Shown here in pieces: positions 46,705 through 56,497 of a stretch of DNA of 64,000 nucleotides. Under the pieces are notes generated by a model. The model was not told where the DNA came from, did no database searches, and saw only the letters and a program-made list of their open reading frames with translations. Numbering within the stretch: position 1 is the stretch's first letter; each line of letters starts with the position of its first letter. Position numbers and translations under genes: made by a program. This DNA is from an uncultured Gemmatimonadaceae bacterium (GTDB lineage: Bacteria > Gemmatimonadota > Gemmatimonadetes > Gemmatimonadales > Gemmatimonadaceae), in NCBI GenBank assembly GCA_963817955.1, contig CAWFQK010000003.1, positions 32,001 through 96,000 of the forward strand, given 5' to 3'.

Positions 46705-47361
46705 TCAGCGCATTCCAGTTGGAGGAGGTAACCGCAGCGCGAAACGCACATCGCCGTGCAGCGCCGCCAACCGCTCAAACAAGACGGTCCAGCGGCGATC
46801 GCGATCTACGGGGGTTCCGGTACTCGGATGCACCACTATGGCCGTTTCCGGGCTGATGGCATGCGCACGTTCTACTACCCGCAACAGCTGAGAATCGCTC
46901 GTCCGTTCATCCGGGCAGACGACCAGGGCATGCTGGACGCCGGATTTCGCCGCCACTTGAACAGACTCGAATGCTCGATCGGCCAACGCTTCGATCATTG
47001 GGCCCTCGAGTGTCACCTGAACCAACCTGAGAAATTTGCTCAGGCCCGCAAGCTCGGCTGGGCGCTGACCGTCGCCGTCGAGCATCACCGGCAGCGGCGA
47101 CTCCGCCCGGTCGAACACGGCGGAGAGGTACTCGACATTGGCGAGCGGATCGCGCCCGGAGACCGAGATCGAGTGGAACGACGAGCGCGTCATGGCACGG
47201 CGAATCTGGTTCACCAGTGCGTCAGCCGTGTACATCGTCGCCGTCTCGGCTTCCGCGGCGAAACGCAAGAACAGCTGGCGACGGCCAGCCCACAGACCCT
47301 GCGCCTGCAATCCTGCCGGGATCCCTGCCAGCGCGGCAGTAGGACCCCCTACCTGAGTCAT
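46705..47361 (-). CDS. QueE-like protein lacking the radical-SAM cysteine motif
   Basis: LQAQGLWAGRRQLFLRFA parallels QueE (IQGEG...G....F.R..), SISVSGRDPL parallels TGGEPL, MLDGDG parallels .ETNG; start coupled to ddl stop (ATGA). Confidence 0.6.
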   Translation of the reverse strand: MTQVGGPTAALAGIPAGLQAQGLWAGRRQLFLRFAAEAETATMYTADALVNQIRRAMTRSSFHSISVSGRDPLANVEYLSAVFDRAESPLPVMLDGDGQRPAELAGLSKFLRLVQVTLEGPMIEALADRAFESVQVAAKSGVQHALVVCPDERTSDSQLLRVVERAHAISPETAIVVHPSTGTPVDRDRRWTVLFERLAALHGDVRFALRLPPPTGMR

Positions 47362-48377
47362 GTTGCGCCTCCCCTCATCTCGAGCGCAAGCTGGACGATG
47401 CGGTCGCACAAATCGACAAAGGATATCCCGGCTGCGGCGGCGGCCTGCGGAATGAGACTGGTTTGGGTCATGCCGGGCAGCGTGTTTGCTTCCAGACAGT
47501 GGAAATTTCCGTCGGCGGACAGGCGGAAATCGATGCGCGCGCACCCTCTGAGCTTGAGTGCTCGAAAGGCTTTCCGTGCCTCCTGCTGCACTTGAGCCGC
47601 TTCCTGCACCGTGAGCTCGGCGGGGAACCGTTCGTCGGCCATGCCAGCCGTGTACTTGCACTCGTAGTCGTAAATCACGTGCTTTGGGATGATTTCGCCA
47701 ACGGGAAGCGCTTCGCCACCCAGTATTCCTACGGTCAGCTCGCGTCCAGCGATGAATCGCTCGATGATCACTTCATCGTCGAATTTGAACGCCTCGTCGA
47801 TCGCCGGTTGCAGCTCCGCGGGCTCCCGTACAATAGACAGCCCCACGGTCGATCCCTGCTTCGACGGCTTGACGATCACCGGAAACCCAAGCGCCGAACG
47901 CACTTCGTCCACGGTCGCCGGAGCCATCAGCCAGTCGGGCGTCATGACCCCCGCCTGACGGAACAGCTGCTTGGAGACTTCCTTGTCCATCGCCAACGCG
48001 CTGGAGAGGTGGCCACTTCCAGTGTACGGGACGCCAATGACGTCGAGCAGTGACTGGATGGTGCCGTCCTCGCCCGTGCCGCCGTGGAGCCCAATGAAGA
48101 CCACGTCGGCCTCTCCGGCTCGCGGCAGGTTACTCACCAGGCGCGGCAGCGACTCGCGTTTCATCTCGCGCAGTGCCTCTTCCGACGGCGGGGCCGTCTG
48201 GACGACACTATCGGTCGCCAACCGATGCTGCTCTTCATCGCCGATCGGCCCGCGCGCCGGATCGACGACGGTCACGACATGCCCCTTGGATCGCAACGCG
48301 GCGGCGACACGAATGCCGGACGCGAGGGATACATCGCGCTCGGAAGAGGTCCCGCCCATGAGGAGCGTAATGCGCAT
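47358..48377 (-). CDS. ddl: D-alanine--D-alanine ligase
   Basis: GGTSSERDVSL, LHGGTGEDG, KPSKQGSTVG, YDYECKY, LEANTLPGMT motifs. Confidence 0.96.
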   Translation of the reverse strand: MRITLLMGGTSSERDVSLASGIRVAAALRSKGHVVTVVDPARGPIGDEEQHRLATDSVVQTAPPSEEALREMKRESLPRLVSNLPRAGEADVVFIGLHGGTGEDGTIQSLLDVIGVPYTGSGHLSSALAMDKEVSKQLFRQAGVMTPDWLMAPATVDEVRSALGFPVIVKPSKQGSTVGLSIVREPAELQPAIDEAFKFDDEVIIERFIAGRELTVGILGGEALPVGEIIPKHVIYDYECKYTAGMADERFPAELTVQEAAQVQQEARKAFRALKLRGCARIDFRLSADGNFHCLEANTLPGMTQTSLIPQAAAAAGISFVDLCDRIVQLALEMRGGAT

Positions 48378-48381
48378 CAGT

Positions 48382-48406
48382 GTGTCCCGTGTCCCGTGTC
48401 CCGTGT
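48382..48406. repeat. (GTGTCCC)x3 heptamer repeat between the CBS gene and ddl
   Basis: Read directly from sequence. Confidence 0.9.
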
Positions 48407-48413
48407 GGCTCTC

Positions 48414-49811
48414 TTATCTCGCCATGAGATAGTTCAACATGTCCGACCGCGTGACGATGCCTTGCAACGTACCGTTGTCGCGGACAAGGACCGCGGGGTT
48501 CGACTTCGACAGCAGCTTGGCGACGACGTCAACCGGTTGTCCCATGTCGATCACGGGAAAGGGCGCGTCCATCACCTGGCTCACGGTGGCGTCGAGTGTC
48601 TTCGTATCATCGAGACTCTTCGCTGACAGCGACCAGTCGCTGACCGAGCCAACACAGTTCGTGCCATCCATGACCGGAAGCTGTGAGACGTCATGCAACG
48701 ACATGAGGCGCAGCGCTTGGCGGACCGTGGTACCGGCTGCGACGCTCACGATGTGCGGCGTGTCGCCATCTTCGTGCCGTTTTGCGTGGAGCACGGACTC
48801 CAGCGTCGAGCGATCGGCATCAAGCAGTTGGTTCTCGCGCATCCATTCGTCGTTGTACAGCTTCGACAGGTACCGCTCGCCCGTATCAGGGACTGCGGCG
48901 ACAACCAGAGCGTTCTGGTCGTCGATACGGCGCGCGAGGTGCAGCGCGACGTGGACGATCAGTCCGCTCGATCCGCCGACGAACAAGCCCTCCTCGCGGG
49001 TGAGTCGGCGCGCCATGGCGAACGCCTCCTTGTCGCTCACCGTCATGAAGTCGTCGATGAGTCCCATGTCGAGCGTGCCGGGCACCTTATCCTGGCCAAT
49101 GCCTTCGATCTTGTACGGCGTGCCCTCGGGGTGGCCCTCACCTTTCGTACGCCACATCTCGGCGAGAATGGACCCGACCGGATCGCCAGCGACGATCTGG
49201 ACCTTGGGATTCTTCTCCTTCAGGTAGCGAGCGACGCCAGTCAGCGTGCCGCCAGTGCCCGCGGCATACACGAAGTGCGTGACGCGCCCCTCGGTCTGCT
49301 CCCAGATTTCCGGGCCGGTGGTGTCGTAGTGGGCCTGGGGATTCGCTTCGTTGTAAAACTGGTTCGCGAGGACCGCGTTCGGGGTCTCGTGTGCGATGCG
49401 CTTGGCCATCATGACGTAGTTGTCAGGATGATCTGGCGGCACCGCGGTGGGCGTGATGATCACCTCGGCGCCGAATGCCTTGAGCAGGCGCACCTTCTCC
49501 TGCGACATCTTGTCCGGCATGGTGAAAATGCACTTGTAGCCCTTGAGCGCAGCGGCCAGGGCCAGCCCGACGCCCGTGTTGCCGCTCGTGCCTTCGACGA
49601 TCGTGCCGCCGGGTTTGAGCCGTCCCTCACGCTCGGCCTGCGCGATGATCGGGCCGCCGATGCGGTCCTTGATCGAGCCACCGGGATTGAAGAACTCCGC
49701 CTTGGCGTACACCGGCGTGCGGATGCCGCGCGTCACCTTGTTGAGGCGAATGAGCGGCGTCCAGCCGATCAGGTCGAGCACGGACTCGTACGGCTTGCGG
49801 TTGCGCTCCAT
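48414..49811 (-). CDS. Cystathionine beta-synthase with C-terminal CBS domains
   Basis: NPGGSIKDR, TSGNTG, GTGGT, IEGIG, ERYLSK; CBS pair (VSQLPV, GIVTRSD). Confidence 0.9.
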   Translation of the reverse strand: MERNRKPYESVLDLIGWTPLIRLNKVTRGIRTPVYAKAEFFNPGGSIKDRIGGPIIAQAEREGRLKPGGTIVEGTSGNTGVGLALAAALKGYKCIFTMPDKMSQEKVRLLKAFGAEVIITPTAVPPDHPDNYVMMAKRIAHETPNAVLANQFYNEANPQAHYDTTGPEIWEQTEGRVTHFVYAAGTGGTLTGVARYLKEKNPKVQIVAGDPVGSILAEMWRTKGEGHPEGTPYKIEGIGQDKVPGTLDMGLIDDFMTVSDKEAFAMARRLTREEGLFVGGSSGLIVHVALHLARRIDDQNALVVAAVPDTGERYLSKLYNDEWMRENQLLDADRSTLESVLHAKRHEDGDTPHIVSVAAGTTVRQALRLMSLHDVSQLPVMDGTNCVGSVSDWSLSAKSLDDTKTLDATVSQVMDAPFPVIDMGQPVDVVAKLLSKSNPAVLVRDNGTLQGIVTRSDMLNYLMAR

Positions 49812-49848
49812 ATGCTTTCTTAAATGGGATATCGTTGATTGTCGGCCA

Positions 49849-50307
49849 TCAGGCCCCGTCCGAGCCGCGCTTGGCCGACCGCAGCACGCTATCACCGGGA
49901 AGCGGGCGTGCCTCGGGGTGGCGGAAGTACACTGGAAACAGTATCGAGACGGGAATCGGCTCGCCATGCAGCTTTGCAGGCACGAAGTGCAGCGCCTGCG
50001 ATCCCTGGAGTGCCGCCGAGTCGAGCGCCGGATAGCCGCTGCGCTCGTCGACGAGTGTCGAGTCTGCGAGCACCCGGCCGTCGCGGTCGATGAACAGCTT
50101 CAGCGTGACATTGCCCTGGACCTTGCGTGCGTACAACGCCGCCGGGTACCGGAAGGGCAGCTGAGCATTGACGAGGGCCGGCATCTCGTCGGGACGCGGA
50201 TCTGGGGCGCGCGCCGGCGTCTCGGACGCCCCAGCCTCCTTCGCCGATCCTTTGCACCCGACGGTCAACAGGAGGGCGAGAACCGGAAGAAGCATCGGGC
50301 GGGGCAT
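49849..50307 (-). CDS. TonB C-terminal domain protein (energy transducer-like)
   Basis: YP......VQGNV.L..FIDRDG, SGYPALDSAAL, FVPA motifs. Confidence 0.85.
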   Translation of the reverse strand: MPRPMLLPVLALLLTVGCKGSAKEAGASETPARAPDPRPDEMPALVNAQLPFRYPAALYARKVQGNVTLKLFIDRDGRVLADSTLVDERSGYPALDSAALQGSQALHFVPAKLHGEPIPVSILFPVYFRHPEARPLPGDSVLRSAKRGSDGA

Positions 50308-50335
50308 GCACGGAAATCTAAGTCCGGCCCCCTCT

Positions 50336-52975
50336 TTACGCCCGCTTCGCATCCTCGACGAGGCGTGCCAGGACAGTCAGCGCTTCGATCGGTGTCATGG
50401 CGTTCACGTCGAGAGACGTCAGGCGTTCCACCAGCGGGTGGCGCGCCGCGGCAAAGAGGCCGAGTTGGTCGGTGACGGGCGATACCCGTTGGACGGTGCG
50501 CAACGGCACACCCAGCTTCTCGCCACGGGCCAGTTGCTCGCCCTCGAGCAGGGCGAGGATTTCGCGGGCGCGGGCGATCACGGGCTGAGGCAGCCCGGCG
50601 AGCCGACCCACCTCTATGCCGTACGAGCGATCGGCGCCGCCTGGCTGGAGCCGGTGCAGGAACAGGATCTCATCGCCGGCTTCCCGCACCGCGACATTGT
50701 AGTTACGTAGCGCGGAGAGCTCGTCGGACAACTGCGTGAGCTCGTGATAGTGCGTGGCGAACACCGTCTTGCAGCCGATGTGCTCGTGCATGTGTTCGGT
50801 CACGGCCCAGGCGATGGAGACGCCGTCGTAGGTCGCCGTACCGCGACCGATCTCATCGAGCAGCACGAGACTCCGCGAGGTCGCCGTGTGCAGAATGGCG
50901 CTCGTCTCACTCATCTCCACCATGAACGTCGACTGCCCACGCACGAGGTTGTCGCTCGCACCCACGCGCGTGAAGATCCGATCAACCACACCAATATGCG
51001 CCGCGCTTGCCGGAACGAAGGAGCCGATCTGCGCCATCAACACGATCAGGCCAATCTGACGCAGCACCGTCGACTTACCGGCCATGTTCGGACCGGTGAG
51101 AATGATCATGCGCGCGCGTTCGTCGAGCAGCAGATCGTTGGGAATGAACTTGTCGCGCGGCATCATTCGCTCGACCACCGGATGCCGCCCCGCGTCGATG
51201 TCGAGCGTGAAGTCGTCGACGATCGTCGGCCGCACGTACCCTTCGCGTGCCGCCACTTCGGCGAACGTGCTCAGCACATCGAGCTCGGCGATCGCGCGCG
51301 CGATGCGCTGCAGGCGCCCCACCTCGCGCCCCGCCACCCCACGCACGGTCTCGAACAGCTCGCGCTCGCGCGTCTCGATGCGCTCGGCGGCATTGAGCAC
51401 GCGTTCCTCGTATTCCTTGAGCGCCTGCGTCACGTACCGCTCGCCTGACGTGATCGTCTGCCGTCGCTGATACTCCGGCGGTACCAGGTGCAGGTTGGCG
51501 TTGGTGACTTCGATGTAGTACCCAAACACCTTGTTGAAGCCGACCTTGAGCGATGAGATCCCGGTTCGCGTCCGCTCGTCGGCCTGAATGCGCGCGATCG
51601 CGTCCTTTCCACCGTCACGCAATTCGCGTAACTCGTCGAGCTCGCGGTCGAATCCGACCACGATGGTCGGCTCGTCGCCGATGCTCAGCGGCGGGCGCTC
51701 CACGAGCGTGGAGCCGATCTGTGACGCGAGCTCGGCGGCGTCATCCCAACCGCCCAGAATTTCGGCGAGCCGGCCAGACGTGCCGACGCGTTGCAAGGTC
51801 GCGGCGACAGCCGGGAGTGCAGCAAGCGAATCGCCGAGCGCACGAAGCTCGCGCGGCGTGCTGCGGCCCGAGGCCGCCTTCGCGGCAAGGCGCTCGACGT
51901 CGCGTACCTCGTCGATCGCTTCGCGCATCGCTTCGCGCGTCGTGACATCGGCGGCGAGGTTGGACACGGCGTCGAGCCGAGCATCGATGACGATGCGGTC
52001 GGTCAGTGGCGCAAGGATCCATTGGCGCAGCATGCGCGCGCCCATTGGCGTGCCGGTGCGATCGAGCACGGCAAGCAGCGTCCCGTCCACACCGCCGCCT
52101 CGTAGAGACTCCACCAACTCCAAATTGCGACGCGTCATCTCGTCGAGCGGCATCACGCCACCCAGCCGCTCGATGATCGGGCGCGCAAGCTGTGGCAGAC
52201 CTGCCGGCTGCAGTTCCCGCAGATATCGCAGCAGCGCACCAGCCGCGCCCACAACGAGCGCGTCGGTCGTGTCGATACCCAGCCCCTCGAGCGACAGCAC
52301 ACCGAACTGCCTCGCCAGATCCTCGCGCGCCAGCGGCTCGTCGAACTCCCACGCTTCGCGCTCGGTGATGAGCGCCTCCGCGCGCGACGCCGGTAGTGGA
52401 ACGTCGCTGTCCGTGGCCACGAGCAGCTCGCGAGGCGAGAGCCGAGCCATGAGCGGATCCAACTCGGCGACAATCGTAAGAATGAGCCGGAGCTCGCCGG
52501 TGGAGACGTCGGCGGCGGCGACGCCCACCAAGGCGTTGCTGGTTACTGGCGGCTGAGTGCTCCCTTTGCTGCGCGAACTGCAGAGCGCTACGATGAAATT
52601 ATTACGACCGCCATCGAGGAGATCGTCGGAGAAGGTGACCCCGGGCGTAACGGTCTCGATGACTTCGCGGCGGACGATGCCCTTGGCGAGTTTCGGGTCC
52701 TCCGTCTGTTCGCAGATGGCAACGCGGAACCCCTGTTGCACCAGGCGACGGATGTAGTCACCGGCCGCTTTGACCGGAACGCCGGCGAGCGGGACGTCCG
52801 ACGCACCCCCGTTGTTCCGAGATGTGAGCGTCAATCCGAGCACGCGCGCCGCAGTTTCGGCGTCGTCGAAGAACATCTCGTAGAACTCGCCCATCCGGAA
52901 GAACAGGATCGCGTTCTGATGGCGACCCTTGATCTCCCGGTACTGCTGCATGAGCGGCGTTTGCGTTACGGTCAC
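50336..52975 (-). CDS. mutS: DNA mismatch repair protein MutS
   Basis: TPLMQQY, FFRMGEFYEMF, TGPNMAGKST, STFMVEM, DEIGRGT, SYGIEV motifs. Confidence 0.98.
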   Translation of the reverse strand: MTVTQTPLMQQYREIKGRHQNAILFFRMGEFYEMFFDDAETAARVLGLTLTSRNNGGASDVPLAGVPVKAAGDYIRRLVQQGFRVAICEQTEDPKLAKGIVRREVIETVTPGVTFSDDLLDGGRNNFIVALCSSRSKGSTQPPVTSNALVGVAAADVSTGELRLILTIVAELDPLMARLSPRELLVATDSDVPLPASRAEALITEREAWEFDEPLAREDLARQFGVLSLEGLGIDTTDALVVGAAGALLRYLRELQPAGLPQLARPIIERLGGVMPLDEMTRRNLELVESLRGGGVDGTLLAVLDRTGTPMGARMLRQWILAPLTDRIVIDARLDAVSNLAADVTTREAMREAIDEVRDVERLAAKAASGRSTPRELRALGDSLAALPAVAATLQRVGTSGRLAEILGGWDDAAELASQIGSTLVERPPLSIGDEPTIVVGFDRELDELRELRDGGKDAIARIQADERTRTGISSLKVGFNKVFGYYIEVTNANLHLVPPEYQRRQTITSGERYVTQALKEYEERVLNAAERIETRERELFETVRGVAGREVGRLQRIARAIAELDVLSTFAEVAAREGYVRPTIVDDFTLDIDAGRHPVVERMMPRDKFIPNDLLLDERARMIILTGPNMAGKSTVLRQIGLIVLMAQIGSFVPASAAHIGVVDRIFTRVGASDNLVRGQSTFMVEMSETSAILHTATSRSLVLLDEIGRGTATYDGVSIAWAVTEHMHEHIGCKTVFATHYHELTQLSDELSALRNYNVAVREAGDEILFLHRLQPGGADRSYGIEVGRLAGLPQPVIARAREILALLEGEQLARGEKLGVPLRTVQRVSPVTDQLGLFAAARHPLVERLTSLDVNAMTPIEALTVLARLVEDAKRA

Positions 52976-53883
52976 CTGTCGTCCGCTTCCGCTTCAATCA
53001 CGATGGTGTCGATCTTCTTGATCTTGAGCTGCTCGGCGGCGGCAGCGGCAGCGCTTCGCGTTTGATAACGTCCGATGCGCACGCGGTACAGCGTCTTCGT
53101 GGCGGCAACGCGCGCGTCGAGGCCGCGTGATACGAGCTTCTTTACGAGGAGCTCCGCGTCGGGGCGCGACTTGTACGCTGCCACCTGAAGCGTGTACCGT
53201 CCCTTCACGGCATGCGCCGCCGAAGAATCGCGAATCCCCGCCCCGCGCGGCGGCGCGGGGTGCGAGGCGGGCGCGACGGGCGAGGCCGTCGTGTCGACGC
53301 CAACGCAACGCGGCGAGTAGTACTGCAACTGGTTGCGCAGTTCTACGACGGTGTCCGGGACATTGGCGAGCGCGCGCTCCAGCGCGGCACATCCGTGCAC
53401 GGCGTCGTTCTCCTCGAAGGCCACGCGCACGAGCAGGAGGTTTGCTCGATCGTGGTCCGGATGCTTTGGATTCTCGAACAGGAATCGCTCGAGATGCATT
53501 GCGGCCGCCGCCCGATCGCCGCGCGCGACCTCGAGCTGCGCGAGCTGAAACAGCGCGTCACCTGCCTTGGCTGACAGCGGGTACTCGACGACAATTCGAC
53601 GATAGTCACGCTCGGCATCGTCGCTCGTGGCCGCCAGCGCGGCGCGCCAGTAGAGGGCATCGGCATAGCGCGGCAAGGCCGGGTCGGTCGACGCAACGAC
53701 GGAGTCGACCAACATGCGCCCGGCGGCGCCGTTGCCGCTCACGACAAGCTGTCGTGCACGCGCAAAGATGGCGGAGTCGGAGTTGGCCCGCTGCGCTTGC
53801 GCGGCGCCGACGGCGAAGATGCTGAGGAACGCGGCGATGCGGAGATTCTTCGCTGCGCTCAGAATGACAGGTATGTCGAGCAT
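52972..53883 (-). CDS. TPR plus SPOR domain-containing protein
   Basis: Signal peptide, TPR-like helices, C-terminal YTLQVAAY...YRVRIG SPOR motif; TGATG coupling to holA. Confidence 0.85.
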   Translation of the reverse strand: MLDIPVILSAAKNLRIAAFLSIFAVGAAQAQRANSDSAIFARARQLVVSGNGAAGRMLVDSVVASTDPALPRYADALYWRAALAATSDDAERDYRRIVVEYPLSAKAGDALFQLAQLEVARGDRAAAAMHLERFLFENPKHPDHDRANLLLVRVAFEENDAVHGCAALERALANVPDTVVELRNQLQYYSPRCVGVDTTASPVAPASHPAPPRGAGIRDSSAAHAVKGRYTLQVAAYKSRPDAELLVKKLVSRGLDARVAATKTLYRVRIGRYQTRSAAAAAAEQLKIKKIDTIVIEAEADDR

Positions 53884-54956
53884 CAGACCGCCCGGCGACG
53901 TTGAGGGCCGTCGCACAACGAGAAAACCAGAGTGGAGAGCAGCTGTTCGTCGGACGACAGACGTGTTCCCTTGAGGGCCGCGTCAGCGGCAAGCAGTGCA
54001 TTGAGCGCGTCGTCGACGTTTTGCGTGGTCCAGACGTCCGAGGCGCGTGCGCAGGTGGAGACGAACTCACCCCACGAGCGGCCGGTGTACACCGATCCAG
54101 ACTCTTTCAGGAGGCTGAACAGGTCGCCGCTCAACTTGGCGGGCGACGTTCCACGCTCGCGAGCGGCCTGCGCCCAACCGATGACGAGTGTCTGCGCAGT
54201 GAGCGCCATGACGGTCGTGACGGCACTTGTCTTCGGTTGCTGCAGCACGTGGCCGAGCATACCGAGTGCGCTCGTGGCGTCGCGCTTTGCAATGGCGTCG
54301 AGGAAGTCACCCATCGTCTCGCCCGGACGCACGCCGACGACGGCCGACACGGCCGCTTCATTGATTGCTCCGCCGCCCGCATAGCTTGCGGCCTTATCGA
54401 GCTCGATCCGGAGCTGCGCGAGGTCGGTGCCTGCAGCTTCCTGCAGCAGCGTCACGGCACCATCGGTGATCGTGGTGCCAAGGTCATGCTCGGCGTAATA
54501 CGAAATCCACTTCGGGATGCGGGCGCCACTCAGCGGCTCGAATTCGACCGCGGTCGTGGCGCTCACCAAGCCCTTGTCCGCCTTCGCGCCCGCCGGCGCA
54601 ACGAGCAGGAGCAATAGATCGGGCGCGGGTTTCTTCAGATACTTGTCGAGCATCGCGCGCGCGTCCTTCTTCAACGCGTTCACGTCGCGAACGACGACGA
54701 CGCGCCGATCGGCCATCATCGGCGGCGTGCTCACCATTGTCCCGAGCGTCTCCGCGTCGAGATCGCCGCCACGCAGCATTTCGAAATTGAAATCCCGCGT
54801 AGCCGAATCGACCGCCGCATCGATGGCGCGCTTGAGCTCCTCGTTCTTGAGGTAGTCGTCCTCGCCGTACAGATAGTACGCCGGAGCGAACTTCTGCTCC
54901 CGGATCGCGGTACGGAGAGGTTTGGCGTCTGCGGTGGTAGAGCGCGGAGGGGACAT
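53883..54956 (-). CDS. holA: DNA polymerase III subunit delta
   Basis: YYLYGEDDYL, DFN, TPPMMADRRVVVV, ELDK, AD..LKG motifs. Confidence 0.9.
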   Translation of the reverse strand: MSPPRSTTADAKPLRTAIREQKFAPAYYLYGEDDYLKNEELKRAIDAAVDSATRDFNFEMLRGGDLDAETLGTMVSTPPMMADRRVVVVRDVNALKKDARAMLDKYLKKPAPDLLLLLVAPAGAKADKGLVSATTAVEFEPLSGARIPKWISYYAEHDLGTTITDGAVTLLQEAAGTDLAQLRIELDKAASYAGGGAINEAAVSAVVGVRPGETMGDFLDAIAKRDATSALGMLGHVLQQPKTSAVTTVMALTAQTLVIGWAQAARERGTSPAKLSGDLFSLLKESGSVYTGRSWGEFVSTCARASDVWTTQNVDDALNALLAADAALKGTRLSSDEQLLSTLVFSLCDGPQRRRAV

Positions 54957-55055
54957 GCCGAGGAATATACGAATCGACACGGCTATCGGCTGCAGTTGGC
55001 GGCTGCAGTTGGCGGCTGTCTCCATCAGTCGCTCCTTGCGAACCGACGAGCAGAG

Positions 55056-55601
55056 CTAGCGCGTCGTCCGCTCCGTCTCGCGAAAGTCCATGTTCGCGAA
55101 GTGCATCGGGGCCTGACCGACCATGAGCACCGCCGGCCAGACGGGCATTCCCGTCGACACAGACGCAACGAACGCAGCGTTTGCCATCGGCACCGCAACC
55201 GGCATTTCAGGCGCACTCGCGACCATGGGCGTGACGGGCAGATCCTGCTGAGGCGCGTAGTAGTGCGTGGTCTCGATCGCCATGTACGCCACAACCGCAA
55301 TTCCGGCGGCGAGCGCGCTGAAGGCGCCAACCGAAACCAGTAGGGATCGCCGCGCGACCACATCCGCGCGGGAGACAGGGCCGAGCTGGTCGATCCGCAC
55401 GTTGAGGCGTGCCATGAAGTCCGGCGACGGCTGCACCAACGGCAGACTATGTACGAGCATCAGGCTCCGACGAACCGCAACATCCTGACGCGAGCAGCGG
55501 GGACATACCTCCACGTGCTGCTGCATGGCCCGCATCTGAACTGTGGGAAGCAGATCATCCACATATGCGACATGCTTGCACCGAAACTCACGACAATCCA
55601 T
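55056..55601 (-). CDS. Zinc-finger (zf-HC2) anti-sigma factor
   Basis: MDC..F, H...C..C, single TM; downstream of an ECF sigma. Confidence 0.85.
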   Translation of the reverse strand: MDCREFRCKHVAYVDDLLPTVQMRAMQQHVEVCPRCSRQDVAVRRSLMLVHSLPLVQPSPDFMARLNVRIDQLGPVSRADVVARRSLLVSVGAFSALAAGIAVVAYMAIETTHYYAPQQDLPVTPMVASAPEMPVAVPMANAAFVASVSTGMPVWPAVLMVGQAPMHFANMDFRETERTTR

Positions 55602-55692
55602 CAGAACGGCTCGATAAGTAGGTCAGTGGAAGGTACCCGAATGCCGGTACGCAGTTCCTCACCTGATCGCCTGGATCGACTGCCCGACAACG

Positions 55693-55719
55693 AAAAGAGG
55701 GAGGCCAAACTGGCCTCCC
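55693..55719 (-). terminator. Putative intrinsic terminator between ECF sigma and anti-sigma
   Basis: GGGAGGCCA-GTT-TGGCCTCCC followed by TCTTTT on the minus strand. Confidence 0.6.
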
Positions 55720-55741
55720 CCGATCGTTCCCCTTCCCATTT

Positions 55742-56377
55742 TCAGTCGATTTTCGGTTCGATTATCGACGCGAACGCCGTTCGCGCCCGATTCAGCCGCG
55801 ACTTGACCGTTCCAAGATTGCAGTCTGTGATCTCCGCGATCTCCTCGTACGATTTTCCCTCGAGCTCGCGCAGCACAAACACTTGCCGGTGGTGTTCCGG
55901 CAGCTTCCCCACGGTGTCTTCAACCAGCTCCCGCAGGTGGCGCTTGCGGTACAGGTCGTCGGGCCTAGCCGAGGTGTCTTCGAACTGCAGCGGCCGGTCT
56001 TCGTCGTCCCAGTTGCCCTTGATCGTCTGGAAGAGCACGAGCGGGTTGCGGGAACGGTTGCGCAGTTCGTTCTTGGCCAGGTTCGACGCGATCGTATATA
56101 CCCAAGTCGAAAATTTCTTCGACCGATCAAAGCGATGAATGTGGCGATACACGCGGATGAAGACCTCCTGAACGAGATCCTCGGCTTTTTCCCGATCGCC
56201 GATCGTGCGATAAATGAAGTTGAGCAGCCGCGTCTGGTATCGCTCAACCAACTCCTGGAACGCACGCTCCTCGCCGCCTAGAAACGCGGTGACTACCGCG
56301 CCATCCTCGAGTGACCGGAGCATTTCGCGCGTCGCCGACCCTGGCAACTGCGCCCGTTTGATTGCGACCTCAGCCAT
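55742..56377 (-). CDS. ECF RNA polymerase sigma factor (RpoE/SigW-like)
   Basis: AEDLVQEVF, FSTWVYTIASN, LRELEGKSYEEIA, GTVKSRLNRAR motifs. Confidence 0.95.
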   Translation of the reverse strand: MAEVAIKRAQLPGSATREMLRSLEDGAVVTAFLGGEERAFQELVERYQTRLLNFIYRTIGDREKAEDLVQEVFIRVYRHIHRFDRSKKFSTWVYTIASNLAKNELRNRSRNPLVLFQTIKGNWDDEDRPLQFEDTSARPDDLYRKRHLRELVEDTVGKLPEHHRQVFVLRELEGKSYEEIAEITDCNLGTVKSRLNRARTAFASIIEPKID

Positions 56378-56480
56378 TTTAGCCGTGCTCCTTTGGCACT
56401 GCTTCAGGGTAGAACCCCAATAGACAGAACCGATCCGCTTGCTGATCCCAGCCAGTGCCCCTTTTCCGAGTACTTGGAAA

Positions 56481-56497
56481 GGCAGGCCCCGTGCCCG
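56481..56497 (-). promoter_or_regulatory. Putative sigma-54 (-24/-12) promoter
   Basis: CGGGCACGGGGCCTGCC has GG-N10-GC spacing with a GGCACG core; an upstream palindrome lies at 56622-56645. Confidence 0.5.
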
